From Octopus vulgaris (Eukaryota): 64,000 nt of DNA. Within the stretch, counting starts at the first letter, position 1. Every line of letters starts with the position of its first letter. A program made the translations under genes and the position numbers. The stretch is taken from contig OX597841.1 in the NCBI GenBank assembly GCA_951406725.2, forward strand, positions 1,054,001-1,118,000, given 5' to 3'. The notes under the pieces are model-generated. The model worked only from the letters and a program-made list of their open reading frames with translations, was not told where the DNA came from and did no database searches. This document shows positions 1-12,639 of this stretch, in pieces.

Positions 1-69
1 ACTGCACCTGGGACCATGTAGTTGTGAAGCAATCTTCTTCCCAGACAGGCACGGCCGTGTATATTCTTT

Positions 70-483
70 TATATTCTTTTACTTGTTTCAATTATTTGAC
101 TGCGGCCATGCTGGAGCACCTCCTTTAGTCGAACGAATCGACCCCAGGACTTATTCTATCGGTCACCTTTGCCGAACCACTACGTTATGGGGGTATAACC
201 ACACCAACATCGGTTGTCAAGCGACGGTGAGGGATTAACACACATACACACACACACACACACGCGTATATATATCGCCATGTTGATTCGCTAGCTTTTG
301 CACGCATATTTTTTTCTCTCCTTCTTTCTGTGTTCTTTTCTCTGTGTATCTTTCTGTTGAAGAGCGTAGGCTCGAAACGTTAAAAACTTGTTTCATTTAT
401 ATTTCCTGAGCGCCATACTAATACAATTGTTTGTCTGTATTCCACCTGCCTTCGTCTTTTGTTTATTTTCATAAAGCTTACCG

Positions 484-526
<43 letters not shown>

Positions 527-660
527 AGGTTTCTTACAGTTTCCGTCTACCAAATCCACTCACAAGGGGTTGGTCGACCTGAGGCTATAGTAGAAGACAC
601 TTGTCCAAGGTGCCACGCAGTGGGACTGAACCCGGAACCATGTGGTTGGGAAGTAAACGA
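70..660 (-). mobile_element. SINE family A (tRNA-headed, internal microsatellite), interrupted
   Basis: Reverse complement of the family A consensus (ggttccgggttcagtcccactgcgtggc...gtgctccagcatggccgcagtcaaatga). Confidence 0.8.
276..484 (+). mobile_element. (TA)n-inserted short element (probable PLE pseudo-LTR) carrying a variant hammerhead-like motif, copy 1
   Basis: Homologous to 41548-41730 (+), 50346-50545 (-) and 58950-59150 (-). All copies abut TA-rich microsatellite. This copy interrupts a SINE's internal microsatellite. Confidence 0.7.
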
Positions 661-702
661 CTTACACATACATACATATACACACAGACACACACATGTA
701 TA

Positions 703-1130
703 CGTGGCGGTATAAAAATGTTCCCCTACTAGTTCTATAGGATGCCAACAGATGGCAGTACACGATTGCGTGCGTAGTGAGAGCTATCAGTGATTTTCAC
801 GTAGCTGGGTGCTGAGAGACAGCGCTTTGTTTACTTCGCAAATTGTGAAATTGTGAGGTTTTATGATCACCTTGTATGCTATAGTCTGCAATTTTATGTC
901 ATGGACAGAAAGTTGGAACGGAGAGCCAACGGGAAATCTTGCGTTAAACTTAGGACGTCTGCTGCAAAGATATGGAGCACACTTCGGCAAGCTTACGACG
1001 TCGAGACAAGGGGTCGTACGCGATGTTTCGAGTGGCACGGGTATTTCAAAAGCGGTAGAATGTCCCTGGAAAACCTGCAACGAGTGTCACCCCCGGAAAT
1101 GTGAAGAAAGTTCATCAGCTTACGCATAAG
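703..1130 (+). mobile_element. Mariner transposon 5' fragment (degenerate transposase N-terminal HTH)
   Basis: Starts after TA. From ATG 901 it reads MDRKLERRANGKSCVKL...LRQAY...RTRCFEWHGYFKSGRMSLE, matching the mariner N-terminus (R..IKFCVKLG...AYG...R.RCFEW..RFK.GR.SLE). Confidence 0.75.
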
Positions 1131-1148
1131 GATCTATCTATTTATCTA

Positions 1149-1264
<116 letters not shown>

Positions 1265-1319
1265 ACTATCTATCTAATATATATATATTTATATTTACGT
1301 GTATATATATATATATATG

Positions 1320-1601
1320 TGGAAGCGCAATGGCCCAGTGGTTAGGGCTGCGGACTCGCGGTTTCGATTCCCAGACCAGGCGTTGTGAGTGTTTATTGAG
1401 CGAAAACACCTAAAAGCTCCACGAGGCTCCGGCAGGGGGCGGTGATCCCTGCTGTACTCTTTCACCACTTTTTCTCCCACTCTTTCTGTTGGCCTGCTCG
1501 CTTAGCCAGCGGGGTGGCGTCATTCGAAGGCTAAAACAATGCAAAACGCATTGTGACCAGCGATGTACAACAACATCTGATGGTCTGGTCAGTCACGTGA
1601 T

Positions 1602-1610
<9 letters not shown>
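1320..1610 (+). mobile_element. tRNA-derived SINE
   Basis: A-box TGGCCCAGTGG and B-box-like GTTTCGATTCCC, unique body, flanked by (TA)n. Confidence 0.6.
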
Positions 1611-1632
<22 letters not shown>

Positions 1633-2125
1633 AGATAGATAGATAGATAGGTAGATAGATAGTTAGACAGACATTCCTTCAGTGTTCCGTTCTGCCTAAA
1701 GTAACATTAATTTTTTAGGTCGGTCAACGTTTCTCAACTTAACAATAGACCAGTCGAGTGAACCTGTCTCTAATGAACCTATAAAGACCACTGGAAACTG
1801 CTGCAAGCCAAATTTACTTCAATAAAGGCAAAATATTTAGTTACCATTATTTACACCTTGCTTTGATATCACTCTGTGTAAAACCCAGTTTGACGGGAGC
1901 GCAGCCATAAACTTACGATATAGAATGGTGATGAGTTATAACCGCAGACCCTGCCATAAGAATACTGGGAGTTCTTTACTAATCTATACAATATTGCTAA
2001 CTTGGTGTCCTAACAGAAAGCTGATGAATAGTTTTGTCTGGATTGATAAACTCTCACGAATAACTGTTATACATACATACATACATATGTATATACATAC
2101 ATACATACATACATACATACATACA

Positions 2126-2214
<89 letters not shown>

Positions 2215-2218
2215 TTGA

Positions 2219-4072
2219 ATGAATTGTCCTATGTTTATTGTCAGCATGGATGAATTAACTAAAACCAACTTCTTAGACATTACCCTCAATTTGCAGAATA
2301 ACTCATACTTCCCTTATCATAAACCTTCCACAAATCTTAAGTATATTAGCATTTTCAGTAATCATGCCAGGCCAATTACCGATAATTTAGTCAAAAACAT
2401 ATCTCTGAGACTGTCTAAATTATTTGCTAATGTCGACATCTTTAACCAAAAAGCAGACTTCTATAACGCCGCCTTGTTAAGAGCCGGTTATAAGGAGAAA
2501 GTGTCACACATCGACTCAGCTCATCCTAAACCAACATCTGCTTCTCCAGATAGAAAAGTTACTCGTAATTGGAATAATGATTTCAATTCTAATAGTGCCA
2601 GCAACCCTGTACGTAAAATAAATTCTTTACGGACTTGGGGAGGTAAGCGCCATTCAACCCCAAATTTCCAACCCAGAAATTTTCCCCTTACTATCACAAA
2701 TAACACTAAGAACAATTCAAAGGTCACAAAAAACTGTATCTGGTTCGTAATACCTTCCGGAAAACAAATTAAATCTAACCTTCCCTTACAGTTCCGTGAA
2801 GCCGTTGCTAGGAACTTTCCCAGAAATTCTAGATATCATTCTATTATCAATTCCCACATAGTCAGAATAGCTTTCTCTAACACTAGGAATCTTTCACAAA
2901 TTATATCTTCCCACAATACCAAGCTCCTAAACAAAGATTCTACACCCGGGAGTTCCAACACTAATCTTGCTAATTCCAACCCATCATACAATCATAATAA
3001 TAGGAATAGTATTAATAGTAACAGCATTGGCAGCAGCGAAAGTGTTAACAATGATAATATTAATAATAGTATTAGTCGTGTTAATAACAATGGTAGTGTT
3101 GATGGTAACAACAATAACGGTATTATTGTCGGTGGTATTACTGGTTGTAGTACCATTAATAATACTAATAATAATAGAAATAGTGTAGTTGCTGGCGCTA
3201 ATAATAATAGTAACAACAATCATAACAATAAAAACTTCGTTTCGATCTCGGAGGACAACCCCAACAGAATTAAATTTTTGTCTAGTAATTCTAAGATTAA
3301 GAATTCTATTTACCAGTGTAGAATTTCTTCCGGTACCGATGTCTTCTATATAGGAGCGTCCACTTCCCAGTTATCCAAGAGAATTTCTAACCATTATTCA
3401 ACATTCAGGGATAGTAAAAAACGACATAGTACAGGGCTAAGTAAATTAGTTTGGCGTCTTAAAGACAACAATATAAATTTCAAGTTAGATTGGTTCATAC
3501 TGTCTGTATCCTTTCCTTTTGATAAGGACAGGAGATTTTGTAACATTTGTAACACTGAACTCTTCCATATTCTCTTCTCTAAGGTTCCCCTAGTAAACAT
3601 ACTCATAGAAAAATCATACAAATGTAAACACTGGCAGAAACATACTTTCTACTCATATAAATGATAACGATAGTCACTATGGTTTGAACAATTAGCTTCA
3701 CGTCCACCCCACTTCTATAGCGAAATTCTTTCCTAAGCCTTCGAACATTCTTTCAATCAACGTACTCTTCCCTCTCCACTTGTTCCCTACCTATTATTCC
3801 TTTAATCCTTCTCTTTCTACTATCTATCTTTGACGTCAATTCTTCTAACGGTTTTTTAAAAAACACTCATTATCGTTTTGTTTACCATGTAGGCAGTCAT
3901 CAAAATTTTTGTTTGTCTTGTTGTCGAGAGAGGCTCCCTTTCTTTCCTGATGAGAAGATTGCATAATGCACCCTTTATTCCTTTGGAATGAAAACATGTT
4001 GTCTTCGAAACATATGTCGAGAGTAAAGGAATTTTGTTAACATCTTCGTTCGACTCCATTCTTTCATTTATT
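2219..4072 (+). mobile_element. 5'-truncated Penelope-like retroelement (RT thumb + C-terminal GIY-YIG endonuclease, probably Hydra-type clade) inserted in (TA)n
   Basis: ORF 2219-3664 has FLDITL...YHKP...YI...SNH (PLE RT C-terminus/thumb), then SIYQCRI...FYIGAS...KRISNH...STGLSK...W...CNIC...CKH (GIY-YIG). (TA)n lies on both sides and there is a hammerhead in the 3' region. Confidence 0.88.
3936..4030 (+). ncRNA. Type I minimal hammerhead ribozyme in the PLE 3' region
   Basis: CTGATGA at 3947, stem II GAAGAT/GTCTTC, GAAAC-ATAT-GTC with palindromic ACATATGT stem III, stem I CCTTTCTTTC/GAGAGTAAAGG. Predicted cleavage after 4018. Confidence 0.85.
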
Positions 4073-4180
4073 TATATATATATATAATTTGAATTAGAAA
4101 TAAAACCACTGTTATGCAACTCAGTGATAGACATAAACCAATACATAAATAACAAATGATATCAAAATATAATTAATATA

Positions 4181-4235
<55 letters not shown>

Positions 4236-4431
4236 TTTTTCAAAAAGTATAAAAAGGATGGTAAATATATATATGTCTATCACTGTTTGAGTTGCATAAT
4301 AGTGGTTTTATCTCTAATTCATATTTTATATATCTATACTGTGAAATTTGATTTAATACTAAATCGAATTTTTTCCTGTAAGTTTGGAGTTATACTCCCT
4401 AATATTATTATTATCATTATATATATATATA

Positions 4432-4850
4432 CAGGTTTGAACAAAATTATGAAACAACGTGTTAAATAGATGTTTTATTATTTAATATGATCCGACTTTG
4501 ACATTGATCACAACTCATATGTGTTCTGAACGTTTGTTTTGGGGGAATTTTGAACGATTCTTCCAGTAAAACCTACTTTAGAGTTCTCAGCAATAATGGC
4601 TGAAGGAAGCAGCTTCTCAATTGCTTCTCCAAAATGCACTTTACATGTTCGATTATATTAAGATCCGGTCAATGTGAGGGCTATCTAACTGCTCTGCTTC
4701 ACTATTGTACTCTTTGGACCAACTTTCAATAAGATTGACCGTGTGAATTGGCGTATTACGGCGGGGGGAGGGGGGTGAAAACTTCTTGGCTTTAATTAGC
4801 TGACCTTCCTGTATTTTCTTTCACTAAAAGCCAGGAAATTTTCAGCGCCC
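4432..4850 (-). mobile_element. Tc1-like transposon relic
   Basis: Minus strand at about 4640-4685 reads *PSH*PDLNIIEHV (WPSxSPDLNPIEHV motif), preceded by NTPIHT (DNAPIHT-like). TA-CAGGTTTGAACAAAATTATG terminus at about 4430. Confidence 0.7.
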
Positions 4851-5085
4851 CCTCGAATATCTCTCTTTCTCTCTTTTACTTGTTTCAGTCATTTGACTGT
4901 GGCCATGCTGGAGCACCGCCTTTAGTCGAGCAAATCGACCCCGGGACTTATTCTTTGTAAGCCCAGTACTTATTCTATCGGTCTCTTTTGCCGAACCGCT
5001 AAATTCACCACGCAAGCGCAGTTTCAGTCAGCAGTGAATGAAAAATGCCGAACTGATCTTCGAAATGCTAAAATCATATATATTT

Positions 5086-5129
<44 letters not shown>

Positions 5130-5242
5130 ATTTTGGAATGGTCATTTTGCCAGTTTAGCCAATAATAACACACGCACTATATATTTGGTGTTACTTTGCT
5201 TCAGCGTTATTTATTTTTTACATTAATCTTAATCTTATTTCA

Positions 5243-5284
5243 GCCAGAGTTCTTTCGTCACACTCCTGTGACCTCATCAGTGGT
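5243..5284 (-). ncRNA. Minimal hammerhead ribozyme
   Basis: Minus strand reads CCA CTGATGA G GTCAC-AGGAGT-GTGAC GAAAG AA CTC TGG: intact core, 5-bp stem II, 3-bp stem I. Lies in a segment abutting (TA)n. Confidence 0.65.
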
Positions 5285-5788
5285 CCTTTGCTTTCTTCTT
5301 TCTTATTTGTGTGTCTCTCCTTACTAACGGTCAGCCATTTTGTATTTTGTATTCCTATTGAATGTGTCTTCATTTGCGCGTGCATATACCTCTATGTGTG
5401 TCTATGCTTAGTTAGTGCATGGGGGGGTCTGTAATATTTGTATCTCCTGTTTATATACGTTCGTGTAACTTGTTTCTGTTTATTTTTATTTTGTTCATGT
5501 GTTTACACCTATTTTTGGTTGTATTTAGTTAAATTTTTTTTAAACATGATAAAATACACAGATAAATAAACAAATGGAAGTAAATAACTATATACATTAA
5601 AAAAAAATAGAAATGAAAAAAAATTTTTTTTTAATTCTTCCCATACAGCTACTCCTGTTTGTACCTATATGCAAATTTGTTTTAATTATGCTGCACCGTT
5701 GCCCAATCAGCAGATTAGATTTTATGCTATCAGCATTAAAAGCCTCAGACCAGCAATTCGAATTTGTTTCGAGGTTAACTCAGGTATA

Positions 5789-5833
5789 TGGTGCTGATGA
5801 GCTGAAATAACAGCAAAATATCGATATCAACCA
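5789..5833 (+). ncRNA. Degenerate minimal hammerhead ribozyme
   Basis: TGGT G CTGATGA GCTG-AAATAA-CAGC AAAA TATCGATA TC A ACCA. Stem II and the palindromic stem III are intact, but GAAA has become AAAA. Confidence 0.55.
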
Positions 5834-6139
5834 TTCTTGTTCATCTACAAGGCGATTCGTTTCACCTTGTTTGAGTTATTCAGTGTTTTTGTGTTTTTAG
5901 TTCTCAGTGTCTTAAAGGGACTTTTCCCTAAACGAAATCCTACATCTAATTAACTCTATAAACAAAACACATACATTAAATATGCGATGTCGGTAATGTT
6001 TACACAATTAAATTTGCTTCCAGTTCAAAATTTAATTTTTTCTGACAGACTAGAACAGTTCCGAAATTGTCATATTGCCAATAGAACAAAAAAATAGTTG
6101 AATAAAAAAGAAATTGATGCTTTATTATTTTGTCCTACT

Positions 6140-6550
6140 TTTTTTACTCTTTTACATGTTTCACTCAGTTGACTGTGGCCATGCTGGAGCACCGCCTTTA
6201 GTCGAGCAAATCGACCCCGGGACTTATTCTTTGTAAGCCCAGTACTTATTCTATCGGACCCTTTTGCCGAACCGCTAAGTGACGGGAACGTAAACACACC
6301 AGCATCAGTTGTCAAGCAATGCTAGGGGGACAAACACAGACACACAAACACATACACACACATACATATATATATACATATACACGACAGGCTTCTTTCA
6401 GTTTCTGTCTACCAAATCCACTCACAAGGCATTGGTCGGCCCGGGGCTATAGTAGAAGACATTTGCCCAAGATGCCACGCAGTGGGACTGAACCCGGAAC
6501 CATGTGGTAGGTCAGCAAGCTACTTACCACACAGCCACTCCTGCGCCTAT
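6140..6550 (-). mobile_element. SINE family A, full length
   Basis: Head GGCGCAGGAGTGGCTGTGTGGTAAG (reverse complement), internal (TA/TG)n, tail ...GAAACATGTAAAAGAGTA. Confidence 0.85.
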
Positions 6551-6746
6551 TCATGTTTTTATCTATCTTTTATTTTTTACATGTTTGAGTCACTGACACT
6601 GGCTATGCTGGAGCAACGCCTTGGAATGTTTTAGGGAAACGGCTCAACCCTTGTACAGTTTTTCTTTTGTTTTTAAAGTCCGGTATTTATTTTATTGGTA
6701 TTTTTCTTTTGCCGAAACAGTTTAGTTACAGGGGCGTAAACTGACC

Positions 6747-6777
<31 letters not shown>

Positions 6778-6869
6778 TGTATGTATATACACATGTGTGT
6801 GTGTGTGTGTATGCACGAATTCACATAAAGAGTCTTACAAACTAAGTACAAAAATGAAATATACATTAC

Positions 6870-6900
<31 letters not shown>

Positions 6901-6949
6901 CATACATACATACAAACATGGTGTATTCAAATAAAAAGAGAAAAAAACA

Positions 6950-7367
6950 GATCTTTTCGGTTTGACCGGCAGTTTTTTAAAATAATTTCCATGTAACTAA
7001 ACACTTATAAAAACTTCGTATGCTGGTAGAATGTGTTTATAAAACATCTTTTTCTCTTGGTTTTATTGAGAAAATTCTATAGTGTGTAAGATATTTGTTG
7101 TTTTTTTTTTCAATTTCTGCAGTTTCAACCAATCACTGACGTCTATTGAGGTAAAAACATTCTGTGCCGTATGAAGATGTCCCTCGTTTAAGAAACAGAT
7201 TGGGTTTATTTACATTTCTGAAGAAAACAATATACCCTTCCCCCCCACCCCTAACCCTAACCCTAAAACAGATTGAAATGCAATAGATCGATACTAGGGT
7301 TATAATTATGGGTGACAATTTCATATGACACCGCTAGAAAAAAACTGCCGTTCAAACCGAAAAGATC
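6950..7367. mobile_element. MITE with about 29-bp TIRs and internal CCCTAA repeats
   Basis: Ends GATCTTTTCGGTTTGACCGGCAGTTTTTT and AAAAAACTGCCGTTCAAACCGAAAAGATC. A second copy lies inverted at 63580-63992. Confidence 0.85.
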
Positions 7368-7699
7368 AAAAAAAACTTTTGCAAAGTCGATGTGGCCTCA
7401 GCATGGCCGCTGACCGAAATAAATGGAAAATATACTTGTGAGAAGATGCGCGCATCGATTTTAGAAACAGGCAGTGGGATGGAATGTTCACAAGACAGAC
7501 AGACAGGCAGACAGATAGACGAATAGACAAACTAGTTGTTAGAAGAGAGTTATCTATAGTCATAACTAGAGAGAGAGGGGGGGGGGCGAAGAGTGAGAGA
7601 GAGAGAGAGAAGTAAGCAGATACGTAGATAGATAGTCAAATCGTTAGATAGATAAAGAAGCGCTGAAATAGGCTGACAGATGGATGAATAAGCAAAGGG

Positions 7700-8770
<1,071 letters not shown>

Positions 8771-9448
8771 GTAAAGTACCCATTCGACAGTAAACAAGAT
8801 AGCTAGATAGGCAGATATACTCGTCACGAGATAAATAGATAAGTGAAATAATCGGCTTATTTCATGAATATTATCGATAAACATGAAATAAATCACCTAA
8901 TCTGATTGGCTTGTTTTTAGATTATCGATACATGCGTACGTGTAGGTAGGTATTGCTGTGTGGTTAATATGTTAGCTTGGTAATCACGCAGTTCCGGGTT
9001 TGATCGCACAGCCAGAGCCGTTTTGGTAGGATTATAAACTCCTAGGCAAATCAATACTCTGTGCCCGAGAGTATTGATTGGTGGCAAATCACAGTATACT
9101 AAGATTAGCATTGGGCCCCTAGATCCTTGAGACCCACGGGCAAGTACCCAGCTTGCATATGCCTGGGGGGGGGGGAAGAGGCTTAAAAAGCTTAACTTTG
9201 ATTTAAATTTACTTGTATGTTCCTTTGAACATACTGTCGTGTGGTCTGTATTGATGAGATTTATACCAAAATGCTCTTTGAGATGAAGAACAGAAAATAC
9301 CAAAAAAAAAAAATGGTTTGATACTCTTATGTGGGAAATTATGTGGGAAATTATGTGAAATTATCAAATTTACATTTTAGAGTGTTGGCACGAAAACTAT
9401 TTCCTTGTTTATGTAGAGGCATACACAGAGATGATGGGGTTTTTTTAA

Positions 9449-9668
9449 CCCTTTCGTTACCAACCCGGCTGAAACCGGTTCGGGCTCTGAGTACAAATGT
9501 CTTGTTTTCATAAGTTTTGAATTAAAATCTTCCACCAAACCTTAGTCACAATTCATGTTCCTAAAACTAGCTTAATGATAACTAAATAATTATACTAAAT
9601 TCTTTGTTATATTTAAAGTAATTGAAAGAAACACAGAGCATCTTAAAATAAATACAGTAACGAAAGGG
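9449..9668. mobile_element. piggyBac-type MITE
   Basis: TTAA|CCCTTTCGTTAC ... GTAACGAAAGGG|TTAA: TTAA target duplication, CCC/GGG termini, 12-bp TIR. Confidence 0.85.
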
Positions 9669-10104
9669 TTAAACCTCATGCATCCTGAATATCCATGAAT
9701 TAAATAGACATAGTAAAGATTGTTTGCTAACATAATATGGCAGACCTGGTTTGGGACTAATGTTGCTGTAATTTAGCCCCAGGAGACATCGTCACCAGCT
9801 GACTATACAATACGATCTGTGACCTTATATCTGTGTCCTAAACCAGGACTGCCATGTTATGTTGGCAAACAGTCTTTACTACAAAGTACTGTTGCTATTC
9901 ATGTTGTGAGATTTAAAAATAGTAATTTTTTAAATAGACGTAGTTACAAACTTGTAAACTTGTTTTGTGAGAAGGATTTAAGGATTAGAATCGACGCTAA
10001 TATTGGTTTCCAGTTTTGGCACAAGGTCAGCAATTTTGAGGAGGGGGAAAATCGATTACATGGCATCCAAAACTCAACTGGTACTTATATTATCGACACA
10101 CAAA

Positions 10105-11750
10105 AGAGATGAAAGGAAAAAACAGAAAGATGAAAGGCAAAGATGAAAGATGAAAGGTAAAGAGATGAAAGGCAAAAATGAAAGATGAAAGGCCAAGATG
10201 AAAGATGAAAGGTAAAGAGAGGAAAGGCAAAAATGAAAGATGAAAGGCCAAGATGAAAGATGAAAGGCCAAGATGAAAGATGAAAGGCCAAGATGAAAGA
10301 TGAAAGGCCAAGATGAAAGATGAAAGGCCAAGATGTATGAAAGGCCAAGATGAAAGATGAAAGGCCAAGATGTAAAATGAAAGGTAAAGAGATGAAAGGC
10401 AAAAATGAAAGATGAAAGGCCAAGATGAAAGATGAAAGGCCAAGATGAAAGATGAAAGGCCAAGATGAAAGATGAAAGGTAAAGAGATGAAAGGTAAAAA
10501 TGAAAGATGAAAGGCCAAGATGAAAGATGAAAGGCCAAGATGTAAGATGAAAGGTAAAGAGATGAAAGGCAAAAATGAAAGATGAAAGGCCAAGATGAAA
10601 GATGAAAGGTAAAGAGATGAAAGGCAAAAATGAAAGATGAAAGGCCAAGATGAAAGATGAAAGGCCAAGATGAAAGATGAAAGGTAAAGAGATGAAAGGC
10701 AAAAATGAAAGATGAAAGGCCAAGATGAAAGATGAAAGGCCAAGATGTAAGATGAAAGGTAAAGAGATGAAAGGCAAAAATGAAAGATGAAAGGCCAAGA
10801 TGAAAGATGAAAGGCCAAGATGAAAGATGAAAGGTAAAGAGATGAAAGGCAAAAATGAAAGATGAAAGGCCAAGATGAAAGATGAAAGGCCAAGATGAAA
10901 GATGAAAGGTAAAGAGATGAAAGGCAAAAATGAAAGATGAAAGGCCAAGATGAAAGATGAAAGGCCAAGATGAAAGATGAAAGGTAAAGAGATGAAAGGC
11001 AAAAATGAAAGATGAAAGGCCAAGATGAAAGATGAAAGGTAAAGAGATGAAAGGCAAAAATGAAAGATGAAAGGCCAAGATGAAAGATGAAAGGCCAAGA
11101 TGAAAGATGAAAGGTAAAGAGATGAAAGGCAAAAATGAAAGATGAAAGGCAAAAATGAAAGAAGAAAGGCCAAGATGAAAGATGAAAGGTAAAGAGATGA
11201 AAGGCAAAAATGAAAGATGAAAGGCCAAGATGAAAGATGAAAGGTAAAGAGATGAAAGGCAAAAATGAAAGATGAAAGGCCAAGATGAAAGATGAAAGGC
11301 CAAGATGAAAGATGAAAGGTAAAGAGATGAAAGGCAAAAATGAAAGATGAAAGGCCAAGATGAAAGATGAAAGGCCAAGATTAAAGATGAAAGGTAAAGA
11401 GATGAAAGGCAAAAATGAAAGATGAAAGGCCAAGATGAAAGATGAAAGGCCAAGATGAAAGATGAAAGGTAAAGAGATGAAAGGCAAAAATGAAAGATGA
11501 AAGGCCAAAATGAAAGATGAAAGGCCAAGATGAAAAATGAAAAGTAAAGAGATGAAAGGCAAAAATGAAAGATGAAAGGCCAAGATGAAAGATGAAAGGT
11601 AAAGAGATGAAAGGCAAAAATGAATGATGAAAGGCCAAAATGAAAGATGAAAGGCCAAGATGAAAGATGAAAGGTAAAGAGATGAAAGGCAAAAATGAAA
11701 GATGAAAGGCCAAGATGAAAGATGAAAGGTAAAGAGATGAAGGGCAAAGA
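10105..11750 (+). repeat. Purine-rich higher-order minisatellite (GATGAAAGG-based) embedded in a family B SINE
   Basis: Monomers GATGAAAGGCCAAGATGAAA, GATGAAAGGTAAAGA and GATGAAAGGCAAAAATGAAA form 55- and 75-bp higher-order units. SINE B sequence lies on both flanks. Confidence 0.92.
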
Positions 11751-11891
11751 CCTCAGCGGAATTTGAACTCAGAACATAAAGACGGACGAAATGCCGATAA
11801 GCATTTTGATCGGTGTTGTAACGCTTCTGTCAGCTGGCAACCATCAAGGAAGAAATAAGGCGTAGAAATATATATATAAAGAAAGAAATAT

Positions 11892-12054
11892 AGGTGTAGG
11901 AGCGGCTGTGTGGTAAGTAGCTTGCTTCCCAACCACATGGTTCTGGGTTCAGTCCCACTACATGGCACCTTGGGCAAGTGCCTTGTACTATAGCCTCGGG
12001 CTGACTAAAGCCTTGTGAGTGGATTTGGTAGACAGAAACTGAAAGAAGTCCGTC

Positions 12055-12116
<62 letters not shown>

Positions 12117-12332
12117 GTGTGTATATGTTTGAGCGTCTGTGTTTGTTCCTCCAGCATCACTTGACAACCGATGCTGGTGTGTTTACGTCCCGGTAACTTA
12201 GCGGTTCGGCAAAAGAAAGACTGATAGAATAAGTACTAGGCTTACAAAGAATAAGTCCTGGGGTCGATTTGCTCAACTAAAGGCAGTGCTCCAGCATGGC
12301 CGCAGTCAAATGCAACAAGTAAAAGAGTAAAG
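11892..12332 (+). mobile_element. SINE family A, full length
   Basis: A/B-box head, internal microsatellite, conserved 3' half. Further copies at 4865-5005, 16218-16845, 33553-34150, 38266-38610, 40459-40832, 44522-44820, 52100-52280 and 58240-58465. Confidence 0.85.
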
Positions 12333-12351
12333 TATATATATGTATGTGTAT

Positions 12352-12428
<77 letters not shown>

Positions 12429-12507
12429 AATGTTTACTATTTTTGTTATGGACATCTAATAATAATGACAATTATAGCAATGTTTTATTCTCGAACTTGA
12501 CGGGCAA

Positions 12508-12557
<50 letters not shown>

Positions 12558-12565
12558 TATTATTG

Positions 12566-12612
<47 letters not shown>

Positions 12613-12639
12613 TTTGTTATTATTATTATTATTGTTATT

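Noticed and set aside
10074-11747. 362-557-aa hydrophobic ORFs in all three minus-strand frames
   Set aside because: Artefact of the GATGAAAGG satellite, which lacks stop codons on that strand.
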